A stretch of DNA of 64,000 nt, taken from NCBI RefSeq assembly GCF_009914755.1, contig NC_060927.1; one strand, written 5' to 3'. Below are positions 28,189 through 44,283 of this stretch, piece after piece (position 1 is the first letter of the stretch; each line of letters opens with the position of its first letter). Position numbers and translations under genes: made by a program. The notes beneath the pieces were generated by a model, which worked only from the letters and a program-made list of their open reading frames with translations, was not told where the DNA came from and ran no database searches. Source of the stretch: the human T2T-CHM13v2.0 reference genome, Homo sapiens.

Positions 28189-30959
28189 CAGGCATACCTT
28201 GGAGGTATTACGGGTTCAGTTCTAGACCACTGCAATAAATGAATATCACAATAAAGCAAATCACACAAATTATTTTGGTTTCCCAGTGCATATAAAGTTA
28301 CATTTATACTATACTGTAGCCTATTAAGTGTTCAATAGGCATTTTGTCTCAAAAAAGTATATACCTTAATTTAAAAATACTTTATTGCTAAAAAAAAATG
28401 CTAACATTCATCTGAGCCTTCAGCAAGTCATAATATTTTTGCTAGTGGAGGATATTACCTCTATGTTGATGGCTCTTGACTAATCAGAGTGGTGGTTGCT
28501 GAAGGTTGGGGTGTCTGTGGCATTTTCCTAAGACAGCAATGACATTTGCCATATCAGTTGACACTTCCTTTCATGAGCATGTTTGATAGTATTTTACCCA
28601 CCATAGAACTTCTTTCAAAATTGCGGTCAGTTCTCTCAAAATTGCAGTCAGTTCTCTGCTGTGGCTTTATCAACTAAGTTTATTTAATATTCTAAATACT
28701 TTGATGTCATTTCAACAATGTTCACAGCATCTTCACCAGGAGTAGATTCCATCTCAAGAAACCACTTCTTTGTTCATCCATACGAAGCAACTCCTCATCC
28801 ATTAAAGTTTTATCATGAGATTGCAGCAATCCAGTCATGTCTTCAGGCTCTGCTTCTAATTCTGGTTCTCTTGATAGCTGCACTATATCTACAGCTACTT
28901 CCTCCACTGAGGTCTTGAATCCCTCCAAATCATCCATGAAAGTTGGAATCTTCTTCCAAACCCCTGTTAATGTTGACATTTTGATCTCTTCCCATGAATT
29001 ACCAATGTTCTTAGTGGCATCTCGAACAGGGAATCCTTTTCAGAAGTTCTTCACTTTGCCCACTGTCATGAGAGGAATCATTACCTATGGCCACTATAGC
29101 CTTATAAAATATATTCCTTAAATAAGAAAACTTGAAAGTTGGAATTACTTCTTGATCCATGGACTGCAAAATGGATGTTGTGTTAGGCATAAAACAATTT
29201 AATCTTGCTATCTCCATCAGAGTTTCTGGGTGACCAGGTGTATTATCAATGAGCAGTAATATTTGAAGGGAATCTTTTTTTCTGAGCAGTAGGTCTCAAC
29301 AGTGGGCTTCAGATATTCAGAAAACCATGCTGTTAACAGGTGTGCTATCATCCAGGCCTTGTTTCATTTCTAGAGCACAGGCAGAGTAGAGTTAGCATAA
29401 CTCTGAAGGGCCCTAGGATCTTTGGGATGGTAAATGAGCATTGCCTTCAACTGAGAGTCACAGGCTGCACTAGCCTCTAACAAGAGAGCCAGCCTATGTA
29501 TTAAAGCTTTGAAGCTTTTGAACTTCTCCTCTCTAGCTATGTAAGTCCTAGGTGGCATTTTCTTCAAATAGAAGGCTGTTTCATCTACACAGAAAATCTG
29601 TTGTTTAGTGTAAACATCTTCATCAGTTTTCTTAGCTAGATCTTCTGGGTAATTTGCTGTACCTTCTCCATCAGCACTTACTGCTTGTATTAGTCCCTTC
29701 TCACGGCTGCTAATAAAGACATACCTGAGAATGGGTAATTTATAAAGGCAAGAGGTTTAATTGACTCACAGTTCTGCAGGGCTGAACTAATGACATGAGG
29801 AAGGCCTCAGGAAACTTATAATCATGGTGGAAGGGGATGTAAACACATCCTTCTTCACATGATGGCAGAAAGAAGTGCCCAGCAAAAGGGAGAAAAGCCC
29901 ATTATAAAACCATCAGATCTCATGAGAATTCACTCACTATCACAAGAACAGCAGCATGGGGGTAACTGCGCCCATGATTCAGTTACCTCCCATTGGGTCC
30001 TTCCCACAACACATGGGGATTGTGGGAACTACAATTCAAGATGAGATTTGAGGTGGGGACAGAGCCAAATCATGTCGCTGCTTTACCTTGCAATTTTATG
30101 ATATGGAGATGTCTTCTCTCCTTAAATCTCATGAACCGGTCTTTTAGCTTTAAACTTTTCTTCTACGGCTTTGTCACTTCCCTCAGCCTTCATAGAATTG
30201 AAGGGAATTAGGGCCTTGCTCTGGATTAGGGTTTGGCTAAGGGAATGTTGTTACTGGTTTGTTCTTCAGACCACTAAAACTTTCTCCAAACTTCTATCCA
30301 GACCACTAAATGAAATAAGGCTATTTCATTCTGATTCGTGTGTTCACTGAAGTAGCACTTTTAATTTCCTTTCAAGAACTTGTTTTACGTTTACAACTTG
30401 GCTAACTGGCATACAAGGCCTAGCTTTCAGTCTCTCTTGGCTGTCAAAATGCCTTTCTCACTAAACTTAATTGTTTCTATCTTTTGATTCAGAGTGAGAG
30501 GCATGCGAGTCTTCCTTTTACTTGCATACTTACAGACCATTGTAGGGTTATTAATTGGCCTAATTTCAACATTACTGTGACTCAGGGAATAGAGAATCCC
30601 AAGGAAAAGGAAAGAGATGGGGGCTCAGCAGAACACAAGCAACATTTTTGGATTAAGTCCACTATCTTATATGGGCATGGTTTGTGGTGCCCCAATACAG
30701 TGACCATCATAACATCAAAGGTCACAGAGTACAGTAACAGATATTATAATAATGAAAAGGTTTGAAATACTGCAAGTATTATCAAAATGTGACACAGAGA
30801 TATAAAGTGATCACATGTTAGAAAAATGGCACCAATAGACTTGCTTGACAAAGAATTCCCACACACCTTCAATCTGCAAAATAAAAACAAAGCCAAAAAC
30901 CAAGAAACAGTTTCTGTGAAGCTCAGTAAAGTGAAGCGCAATAGAATGAGGTTTGCCTG
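28189..30959 (-). mobile_element. Near full-length Tigger1 (pogo-like DNA transposon), decayed transposase
   Basis: TIRs CAGGCATACCT.. (28189) and ..gaggtttgcctg (30959), TA on both flanks; minus-strand ORF fragments resemble Tigger transposase ([31 protein letters not shown]); ~2.38 kb without the nested LTR. Confidence 0.93.
29686..30077 (-). mobile_element. THE1C/D-like MaLR solo LTR nested in Tigger1
   Basis: tgtattagtcc...ccaaatcatgtcg termini; exact 5-bp TSD CTGCT at 29681-29685 and 30078-30082. Confidence 0.92.
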
Positions 30960-31104
30960 TACTTGGTTTCTAGACTTCAGTTTAACACACAGATTCTGTT
31001 CTGTCTAGGCAGTACAGTTTAAATGATGAGGGTTTTTGTAAAATGCCTTTGGAATTTTCCAAGAGCTGAGTTGTCTTATGTATGTTATTGTTGTTGTATT
31101 TTTA

Positions 31105-31434
31105 ACAACAGGGTCTTACTCTGTCACCTGAGTGATAGCGGTGCGATCGTAGTTCACTGCAACCTCAAATTCCTGGATTCAAGCAATTCTCCCACCTCTC
31201 CCAAGTAGCTTGTAATACAGACATGAGCCATAACACCTGACTAATTTTTAAGATTTTTTGTAGAGACGGCCATAAATAAAATAGCCATAATCCTGGCTAA
31301 TTTTTAAAATTTTTTGTAGAGATGGGGGTCTCACTATGTTTCCCAGGCTAGTCTCTAAACTTTAGGACTCAAGCGATCCTCCCACCTCAGTCTCCCAAAG
31401 TGTTGGGATTACAGTTGTTAGCCACCATGCCCGA
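31105..31434 (-). mobile_element. AluJ with internal duplication of the mid-linker
   Basis: Diverged Alu; the 'ctaattttta..ttttttgtagaga' block occurs twice. Confidence 0.8.
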
Positions 31435-32644
31435 CTGAACTTTTTTTACTACCAAAATAGCAGAAGATGAAAGATAAACGGAAGAAGAGGTCTGAAACTA
31501 AAGTCTTGCCATGTGTGGGATTTGTGAGTGGGGAGCAGTATTAGTTTATCTGTTAGTAGAAATAAGTATTGGAAATATGTGAAGTGTCTTGCCTAGACTT
31601 AGTGTATATAATAGGAGCTTTAAAAAAGTTAGTTCCTTTCCTTCCTGGAAATAATTGTGATACTTTTTTTCCTAATGACGTGAGTCTCCAAAATTTTTGG
31701 TTAACTATATTATCTTTTCCTTAATGACCTTCCCCAGATCACTTCCACTCTTCTCCCTTCCCCCATATGCAAAGTCTATGTAACTATGATCAAGGAATGT
31801 TAGAGTCAGTTTTCTGGGCTACCCTCCCATCCACGGTAGGAATCTTTAGAATACTACCACCTGATTTTGTATGTAAGCACTGAAGTTGTTATCCTACTTA
31901 TTTCATAAGTGGTATCTTCTTTCCTCTCTGTCTCCCTCAAAACATCTCATCTTGATACAAAATAGGGAGTTTCAACCTTTGAGGAGAATTTTCCAGGAGC
32001 TTATGGGTGACAGTCTGACTTACGGTATATTTATTTAGATGTGCACAATTTATGATCTTGTTTTGCAAGCCATGTGTAATGTTTCGATTCATCATGTTTT
32101 CTACCAAATAAAACATCTTGTGTTTATTTAAAATGTAATTTGTATTTCTATTAGGTTGATGTGCTGCATGTCTTGAAAAATACCTACTGAGCATGTTCAT
32201 GTTCATGCAGTAGCCGTGTTTATGAGATATATGATGTGATTTAGTTAAAGCTGAACATGGGGGGTATTTAAAATCTGATTATTTAGAACATATGTTTTGG
32301 CAATACATCACTTACTAGATAGATTTCTGCAAATAAGCCTTTTAAAATGAATATGTAATAAAGTTTTATTTAAATAAAGGGGCCAAGAGCATTAGAATTT
32401 TATATAGCTTCATGCTATTGTAAATGCATCTTGTTAAAATAATATGTGTAGACATTGTAAGGAGTCCTTTTAAATTGAAATTCTAGTGTTGTTATTTCCT
32501 TGACTAATACCTTCACATCATACTTCTTTGTTCGTGGCTTTCATTGAGAGCACTAAAGAATCCCACCAGCAGAACATGTCAGAATGGGTTGAGACTTTAT
32601 ATGCTTCACTGTCTGTTAGTGATCATCTCTTGTTTTTCTTGTAG

Positions 32645-32731
32645 ACCATGGCAAAAGTTATAACCACCGTACTGAAGTTCCCTGATGATCAGACTCAGAA
32701 AATTTTGGAAAGAGAAGATGCTCGGCTGATG
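32645..32731 (+). CDS. GOLGA4: GOLGA4 exon, second half of GRIP domain (TMAKVITTVLKFPDDQTQKILEREDARLM)
   Basis: ttcttgtag|ACC acceptor, ATG|gtaagt donor, 87 nt. Confidence 0.96.
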
Positions 32732-35700
32732 GTAAGTTCTGGAAGTGGGCTCTAGATAGAAGATGATTTCCCATCTGTTTATATTCTGTCTCATTTATAA
32801 GGACTTTTGAGTTGGTAAAATAAATTTTAAGATTTCAAATCTTTATTATATCACAGCCTGAAAAATGAGAGTGAATTTACACTAAGAAATTTAACCAAGG
32901 GTAAATGTGAATGGATGCCCTCAAGGGAAGGAAGAGTCTAATTTAATACCATATAAGAGCTTGACACCCGTATGTATGCTATATGACATTTCCAGAACTT
33001 GGGCTGTTTATGGAAAGGATGGAAAAGACATTTGTTCTGGTATATCCAGTAATAATTTTTTAAACCAAATTATATCATCATGTTAGATGATTTATATATT
33101 ACAGTTCTTTATTGCATTCCAGTTGATTTCCAAATACATTAATTCTGGGTGAAAGAATTTAAGCATTCTTGAGCTTTTGATACCTTATGGGGGCAATCAG
33201 ACAAACAATGAATTATTTTTAAAAACATAGTGTGAAGTCAGCTGTAATTGAAAAATGAAAGAAACACACACTTTGTAAATTATAAAAAATTCTCCATGCC
33301 AAAGTTATTTTTGCCCTGGGCCAGTAATTTAATAAGATCCATTCTAGGCAGAGTATGAAACTTGAAAAATTTGGGTCCTGCCTTCAGCTCTCTCTTTCTG
33401 CTTCTTTTCCTTGTCTTGATAGTAGCCTGTAGAGCCCTCCGTGAATACCCTTCTCCTCCCAATCTCTTTACCTATTTCATCATACCAGCACTGGTTTTAT
33501 TCTCTCTCTCCTCACTAAAGCAAGCCAACATCTTTTCCTTAATGGTGGGTTAGCGTGTGTCTGAGCATCTCCAATAAAGAGCATAAGCCAGTAAGTCCCA
33601 AAGTATCTCATCGTATCCTAACAGATTGTTTTCTTACAAAAGTTCTTGATTCTCTTGAGCCCACATCTCCTTCTCTACATGATCACCTATTTGTTCTGGT
33701 TCTAACTCATAGAATTCAACCAAAAATCTGGGGATGGCCTAGATGGAGGGGTTTTCCTCCTCCCGGCTAAATAATACCTCTTGCACTTACAGCCTTTTAT
33801 GAAGTTCCTCTGACTCTCTGCACAAGGTCAGCCCTGAAGGGACCCCAATATCTCAGGCACATTCTGACCACTTCTTCTTGGTCTCCTCTAAGCTCATCCT
33901 AGCATTCCCTGACCTTTGTCCCAATGCTTCATTGTATATTGTATTGTATTATATACTTATTGCCTATTTTCTGAGGCATTTGCTATTATTTTGGTTAGCA
34001 TTTAATTGTTTTTTGTAAAAATCCCTCCTCTGCCACTCCCTGGCATTTAGTAACCTGAAAAGCAGTGCTTTAGTTATTTCTGCTTATAAATATTTTTGAT
34101 AAAGAAATATGTCACTATAATGTATACCATTCATCAACAGAGAGAATGTTGTTTTAAATTATAATGAACATCTAATTCTACAAGCATGAAATTTTGTATT
34201 CATGAGTAGAAATTTTTCCTTTACTGAGTAAAATATCTTTATGAAGATAAAAATTTCTAATGCAGTTTGAGCCTGTTGACATAATTTTGTCATTATGGTC
34301 CAGTTTAAGAAAATAATTTTAAATGATATAAAAGGGCTTTTATTTAGTTATCTTTATTCATTCTTTCATAGCTGCTTTATCATCTTGATAAACATCTTGA
34401 TGTTGGAATATGGCAAACTTTACTTCTACTGCATTTTCTCAGGATTTGCTATATAGTGTAGGCTCATCCTAAGTCGCTGCTCTAGCAAATGTGGTAGGAA
34501 ACATTCCCCTTCATTCCATATACACATGTAGTCTTTGGTTGATTTGCTTTGATGAAAAACAAATCGAATTGGTAAATGTAGGTAGTGAATCGATAAAACT
34601 CTTAAAGCAGACAAAAAAGGTTTGTTTTTGTTAAGTTTAACTTAAAAAAAAAGAGTCTTTGAAAAACAGACTGTTTTCTTCCTGAATACAGTGGTATTCA
34701 TTCTAGGTAGGGATGAAATGGTAGCTGATTTATTCTTCCTGAAAGAATCTTCCTTTATCCCAGAGGTTGACCTGCCCAGAAACAATGTTCTACTTTTCTA
34801 CTATTCCTTTAAGCAAAGTCTCATCCATCATTATCTCTTGCTTAATGAATAAGTTCAGTCAACAGTCATCTACTCTTCTAGTTGTTATGGGAAATATAGG
34901 AAAATAGAAGATATGGAAGACATTGGTTGTTGACCTTGTGGAACTTTTAATTTTAGGGGGAAGGGGTAATATCCATTCATACATGAATAAAAAGATATGC
35001 TTAAGTAATATGATTCAAATAATAAAAATGGTGCTTAGGAAATATGAAATTTTATGATGAACATGAAATGAGGAAGTCCCCAAAATACGATATGAGATGA
35101 CATGAATTAATCAATTTGAGTCAACTTTTGTCAATTTAAGGAGATTCTTGATACTTGATAATGTGACTCATGATTGTTTCACGAGTATAAGAAAGTTGAA
35201 GCAAGAGTTACCTTTGTCAGAGATTTCCATCATTCATAAAATGAGCAATAAGAATCACTGTCTTTGAACAAGTCTCTTGAAGAAATTTCAGCTAATTTCA
35301 TATCCCTGTCCATTGAGCTGTAGCTCGCTAGAACAAAACACAGGTATGAAAATGATTTTTCTTTTTCCAATAGAAAGTGCACATGATGAAATGTGTAGAA
35401 AACAAAACTTTAGGAGTTTATTAAATAATCATTTTTAAATGATTTAATCACATTAATTTTAAATGTATGCTTCAAATGGATCTTTTCTGTAAGTTTTTGT
35501 AACTGTGCAGCTATGGTTTCACTTCTATTAAAATCAGCAACCCTAAGTGTTTTGTTATTTTTGCCTAAGGACTGAAAAGCTGGTATAAGAAAACCAAAAC
35601 AAACCTAAAACATTTTGCCGAGCTGCCCCCTCTTCAAATTAGTATTTGGGATGCTTGCAAGAGTGTGGATTGTACTTTGTGTTGACAGCGTGCAGCCCAT

Positions 35701-38700
35701 GTTAGTTTTTACATTATTTATTGGGTATTATCAGAGGAATACATTCTAAAATTTTTGCTTTTTGACCATGATGATTATACATTTACTTTGTAGCACTAAT
35801 CAAAAGCTTTCTATGACTGCTGGTGAGGTACTTTTCAATATATCTTATCTTTACTATACTTCTCTCTCTTCAGTGAGTTTTATACTCTTTATTTAAAAAA
35901 CCTCATTACAGGATACAAGTTATTACTGTTTTCAGAGTTTAACCTAGTCTCGAGTAGATTTTATAGATGAGAAATCACTATCTGTTAAGTAAGGTTAAAT
36001 TACAGAGCATAATTACAGTCTGGTTTATTTGAGGGTCTTGGTGTATAGGGAAGGAATCTTAGTCCTTTGTTGACTTGCTGTGGAAACTCAGGCAATTCTC
36101 AGAGCCTCTTTTCTTCACAAGACTAACATAATCTTGTTAGGATTGTCCAGGAACCAGAGTACAGTTGCCTGCGCTGAGTGATAATGTAGGGATGGTGGTG
36201 ATAATTATTTAGCCTCCTTTTAGCAATGTGTAGAACTAGTCTTTTCTGGAAAAAGAGACTGGAAAGGTAAATCATTGATGTGTATAAGAAAAACCATTAA
36301 AGACCTCAGTAGGAGGGTCAAGTCACACGGTGATACCAGCCCACAAAATGCCCCCATCTCCAACTTCGGTACCTTAGAGTGCCAGCGACATGCGACATTG
36401 CTGGGATGAGAGCCTAGATCTCAATGGTTTGACTGCTGTATAACTTAGCGCAAACTGTTTTCATATTTTTGACCCTCATTGGTAAAATGAGATTGTTGGA
36501 TTATACTATCTCTAAGGTTTCTTTCCCCACAAAGTATAAAATCTTGTTTTATATTTGTTTCAAGTAGGAAAAAGAATTGCCTTCTAAACAGCAGGCAGAA
36601 GTTAAAACAAAATGCACATACCAAATGCACATATCTCTGTTTTTCCTAGAACAGCTTTTTTTCCCTCCTCTCAATTTTTAGTTTACTATACCTTGCTACT
36701 TCATTTTATGATGGTTTAGGTAGCTTAGATGGCCAGAGTAGACTGGATATTCGAGTAGCACAATATGGGCAAGAGTGAATACATAAGTTCTTGGCTCATC
36801 TAATTGTTAGTGTTTTTATTGAATAAAACTGCCCTAGAAGTACACCCTGATTTTTTTTAAAATGAGAGTATTATTACATTATTTAAGATAATTTCATTAG
36901 GAAAGTTTATTGTAATTGGGTAACAAGCATCTCAGAATTGAGATTCCTTTGTTATATGGAAACCCCTCTTTAAAAGTTTTCTTAGACATTTTTCTCTTTA
37001 GAGTGCTAGCAAAATGTAATGACATAAATGGACATCACTGTTTTCTTGATGACTCCATTAAAGAAAATTTCTCTTTGATGGAGAAGGTTGGCTTGTTTGT
37101 GTTCTCTGTCCATTCTAGTCATCTTTTTCAATTGCTCTTCTGTTGACTCTCCTTCAACTTTGCTTTCACACTGATTCTTGGTGGTGTATATAGTTCTTCA
37201 TCAGTCCTTGCCCTGGACCAGTCTTGTGTTCTCTTAACGTCTCATTTTCTTCCCCTGTTGGAATTTTCAAAATTTCCTCCGAATTAATAAAATCAGAACT
37301 TTTCAGCATTGCTAGGTACAAAAGTTTTCCATTCCCACACGAGGTTTACCCTTTCCCTCTGCATGGGCTCAGAAGATGCATGCAAGGTGGGTTCAGGAAA
37401 CACATACAAATAAAACTGACACATTATAGAAAATATTGCACATGTCAAATACATATTTGTTTTCTTGAGATTGGTTTTGATTCTGGTGTTGGTAGAATAA
37501 GGTAATACGTGATCACTGGAAAAAATATTATAAGCCAGAAACATAGAAAGGGAGTCCCTCATGATCTTCAGCCTCCAGACTACTTCTGCTATGCCAGTAT
37601 CATCTCTGTGAACAGTTTGGGGAATATCTCCATGTTTTCTAAGCCATGTAATTACATATTTATAGTTACTCCTTTATCATTCATTTTATTTTATAAAAAT
37701 GAGAGTATGCAATGGCTTGCTTTTTTCACTTAATATATTTTTATATTATTCCACCTTATTACAAATTGGTCTCATTCTTTTCAATGGCTGATTGTATGAT
37801 TATATGGATGTCCTACAGTTTAGTTCACCAGTTTCCTCCTCATTCCATTTACTTATGTTTTCAAGATTTTCAGTACTTTACAAGCATAGACATAGGGAAC
37901 ATCCATATACATGGATTTTGTATACTTCTGCCAGAGAGGATATTAACCTCATTGTGTTGTGTGTGTTGCACATATTATTTTCTAGCTTGTCTTTTGGTTT
38001 TGCTGCTTTTTACTAACTTTAAATATGAAAGATAAATAAAATGATGTTTCTGAGGTTGGCCACACTATCCAAGAATAGACTCAGATTTTATAAGCAATCT
38101 TTGTTTTTAATGCTGCCATTTTAAATCACCGTGAAGGTAATTAATGATTTTGGACAATGACCATCTTAAAATGGGGCATAGAATTTATTTAAGGTTTGTC
38201 ACAGTAAAAACTATATTTGAGATTGAGTTTCCTTAAATTGAAATTTCAGTTTGGGTCACCATTCCTGAAACCATTTCTGATACATTGTTGAATTACAAGA
38301 GAGTTATTCAGTGATCAAATTGACACATTAGGAATGAGAATTCAACATATAGACACATGGCTCTTCAAATTCATCATCATTTTCCCGAAAACTTTTTAGG
38401 GTAAATTGAGATTATGTAAATCAAATTTTAATGTGTACTTTCATGGAATTATGAAAGAGATCCTTTTGTAAAGCAAATAATTGCCCCGTAATTCAGCTGG
38501 TAAATATGTACTTAAAATATGCAGTACACCTTTCATTACGTTGTTTAAGTCTTCAAATGAAAGTTGCAAGTAAAATCTCAGCTACATAATATTATATTTA
38601 CCTAGGATATGGGGGGAGGTATTACAGATTCCTTATTCCTTGCCTGTACACCCTTGATTTGGGGAGATTTGAGAAAAATTTAAGTACAGTCTGTAATCCT

Positions 38701-38786
38701 ATGAACTTCATATACACATACAATCTATGTGTTATATTAAGTCTTAAAACTAACCCAATAAGCTTTTTTTCTTCCTGGCTTTGTAG

Positions 38787-38849
38787 TTTACTTCACCTCG
38801 CAGTGGTATCTTCTGAGTAAACCATCAGTCTGTGCTTAGTTAACATGTG
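38787..38849 (+). CDS. GOLGA4: GOLGA4 63-nt cassette exon: FTSPRSGIF* (stop 38814-38816) plus 33 nt UTR
   Basis: Branch actaac at 38749, ttgtag|TTT acceptor, GTG|gtgagt donor; matches the golgin-245 C-terminus as I recall it. Confidence 0.93.
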
Positions 38850-39691
38850 GTGAGTGAAGAACAATGTCTTGTGTCTTTTGTGCAAAAATCAAATGTGTTG
38901 CCTGATACTAACCATTTTGCTGGAATTCTTTTGCTCTTGTTTAATAAATATATGATTATGCTATGGGTTAATATAAGTATTTTCTGTTCATTCTGTTATA
39001 TGGATCGATAATAGTTAAAAATTACTACCACCAGTAAGAGTTATATAATTTTAGGAAATTTCATTTCTTTAAAGAGTAATTGAAAGTTTGAAAATTGCTC
39101 TTTGAAATTTTGTTAAAGAATCCAAAAAAGTATTTATGTAACTTATTTTCCCTTTTGTTTTTAATTTTCCAAGAATGATCTTTGAAATTATGATTGTGAG
39201 AGAGAAATGAAAAATCATTTTCTAGATAAAAATGAAGTGGTATATTCCGTGAGAATTCAAAATCCTGTAAAGCCTGAGTCAAGGCCAGTCAGAAATAATG
39301 AAAACTAGTAAGATCAATTTTAAAATATAGCTTCATTACTTCCTGAAATCAGACAGTTTAACACAAGACAACACATTTGTCCTGAGGAGACCGTTAGGCA
39401 GCCTACTTTAATTGAATGTGATTCTTCCTGATTAACATATTACAGTGAAATGCAGGCATATGAAATGTTTCAACGCAGTTGACTGTCTTCATCATTTAAA
39501 CCCTCTCCCCTCATCTCTATGTATTTTTCATGCTATTAGGTTGATTTAGCACCCTCTGAAAATGTACCATACATCTTTACCTCAGCCTTTGCTAGAATTT
39601 TCACAAAATCAAAAACAGATCACAATTAGTAGGGCTTCACTATAATTAAAATAAATACTCTCAGTGATTGTTAATATCCAGCTAATAATAG

Positions 39692-40613
<922 letters not shown>

Positions 40614-41759
40614 CTCTAAGCTTTTATCTTTAAAAATCTTCTGTGCCTTCATTTGAGCCTCCTTTTGATTTTAATATATATTATTTGATTTGCCTTAGCG
40701 ATTATCCAGAACTGTCTTATTTTTGTCATCCACATTACAATGGCTGGCAGTACAATGCATGGTTTTATTAGGTTACTTTGATAATAAATGTGAACATTGA
40801 AAAACTGTAAATTCTATAGCTAACCCATTAAGTCTTAATGTTTTCCTTTTAAAATAATACTGCATTGTACTTGTTATTATTGCAGCTGAATATCAATTAT
40901 CACTGGAAATGTATATTGTGCAGCATTTCTATTAATTGATTAATTGATTGTCTCCTCAACTTTTAGTTTGAAACATTTCAGACATAAGATTTGCAAAAAT
41001 AGTACAATGAACACCCATATACCCTTCACCTAGTAATGTTTGGCCAGATTTTCTGACTTGCTGTCACTCTTGTTCTCTCTCCATTTATATTATTCCCCAT
41101 TTGTAACATTTGGCAATTACTTGCCGACATGCTTGCAAGCATTTGACAATTGTAAACATAAACTAAGTACTTTAGCATGTATCTTTAAGAACAAGGACAT
41201 TTTTCTACATACAGTACAGTTATTACACTCAGGAAGTTTAATATTAGCTAATACTAATATATAGTACATAATACTCAGTTTTTTACAGTTTTCCAAATAA
41301 TGTCTCCCATAATTTTTTAGAATCCAGGATCCACTTGAGATTTCACATTGCATTTAGTGGTCATATTTTCCTAGTCTTTTTTAAACTAGAAAACGTCTAG
41401 CTTTTTTGTTTTTAATGATGCAGCATTGTTGAACTGATCTTGAATTTTGTTTCCCACAACAGATCAAGCTACGGTTTCAAAATAAAAACTGACAAGGAAT
41501 TTACGTATAACAGAAGATCTTGTTGGTGTCTTCTTTAGGTTCCTAGGACCAACATGATTATTGAACTAGTTTTATAAATAATATACTATTAGTAGTACAT
41601 TATGAGTAGTGAAATATTTGTTCATTTACAAATTCAGAAGACTAAAACTCCCCCTATCCACTTAATATATATGGAAAGTTTGCCTCTATTAATCTTACTT
41701 GGTAATTTATTTTTATGGGATTTTAAACTCATATCTTGATGTGACTACTGGTTTTAGCA

Positions 41760-43465
<1,706 letters not shown>

Positions 43466-43611
43466 TATTTCTGCCTCTTTACTGCAGTCTCTAGACCATG
43501 GAATAGAATTTTATTTCAAACTTGAAAAAACAAATATCCCAAAAAGTCAACCTAAATGTTTTGGATTTTTTTGCCCCCTTTCTTTATTCTCTTTTCCTTT
43601 TTCTTTTCCAG

Positions 43612-43635
43612 TCATGGCTCCGATCTTCATCTTGA
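43612..43635 (+). CDS. GOLGA4: GOLGA4 terminal exon, coding part when the 63-nt exon is skipped (SWLRSSS*)
   Basis: Long poly-Y ttttccag|TCA TGG CTC CGA TCT TCA TCT TGA, in phase with the ATG|gt donor at 32731. Confidence 0.93.
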   Translation, partial: SWLRSSS

Positions 43636-44283
43636 AGAAGAGTGACATTGGGTGACTGCTGCTTGGAAAACTGTCCACACTTGCTACTCTTTGAGAATGA
43701 AGTTGTCATTCAGGGCCCCTCATGTAGCCAAAAGACCAAGAAAAATCTGGCCCACAGATAAGTTGCAGACTGCCTTTAAAATAGATTTTATCAGTGGAGA
43801 AATGGTGATAGTTTTTTCTTCAGTTTTCTCTTGGGAAGAGTTTTATGTTGTTTAAAAGATATTTTGATAACTTAACCTGCTTTATGGGCTTACATAATAT
43901 TCCTTTCATCCATTCTTTTTAAAGAACGGCTTACCTTTCCTATTTATTTTTAGGGTGATTTTTTAAAAAGACTTGTGCAATACATTTTGAGGTGAAACTT
44001 AGTGGATTTTTTCTGATAAATTAGAGCATTTAATTGACTATTTTATTCAGGTTGATCTGTTGAATATTTGCTAAAGACCAGTTCTTTAAGCTAAGACATG
44101 TAAAAAATCCCAAATGGCAGTACCTCATTGTTTACTTAGCTTTTGTACTTATATTTTTCAGAGGAAAAAACACTACTGTAAATTGTGAATAGCCAATACA
44201 TAACTGTATTGTATGCAAATCTGTGATTGTTGGCAGTGTCATCTCTGAGAAACAGATAAATAAAGTTTATTTACTATATAACA
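43636..44283 (+). other. GOLGA4: GOLGA4 3'UTR (end approximate)
   Basis: AU-rich sequence with no recognisable repeats between the stop and the poly(A) signal. Confidence 0.8.
44259..44264 (+). terminator. Polyadenylation signal AATAAA
   Basis: Upstream TGTA elements (~44177, 44205, 44210); downstream U/GU-rich tttgtttattgtacttgtt. Confidence 0.85.

Noticed and set aside
28722-29567. Domesticated TIGD-like transposase
   Set aside because: The frame is broken into short pieces by stops and frameshifts and interrupted by an LTR.
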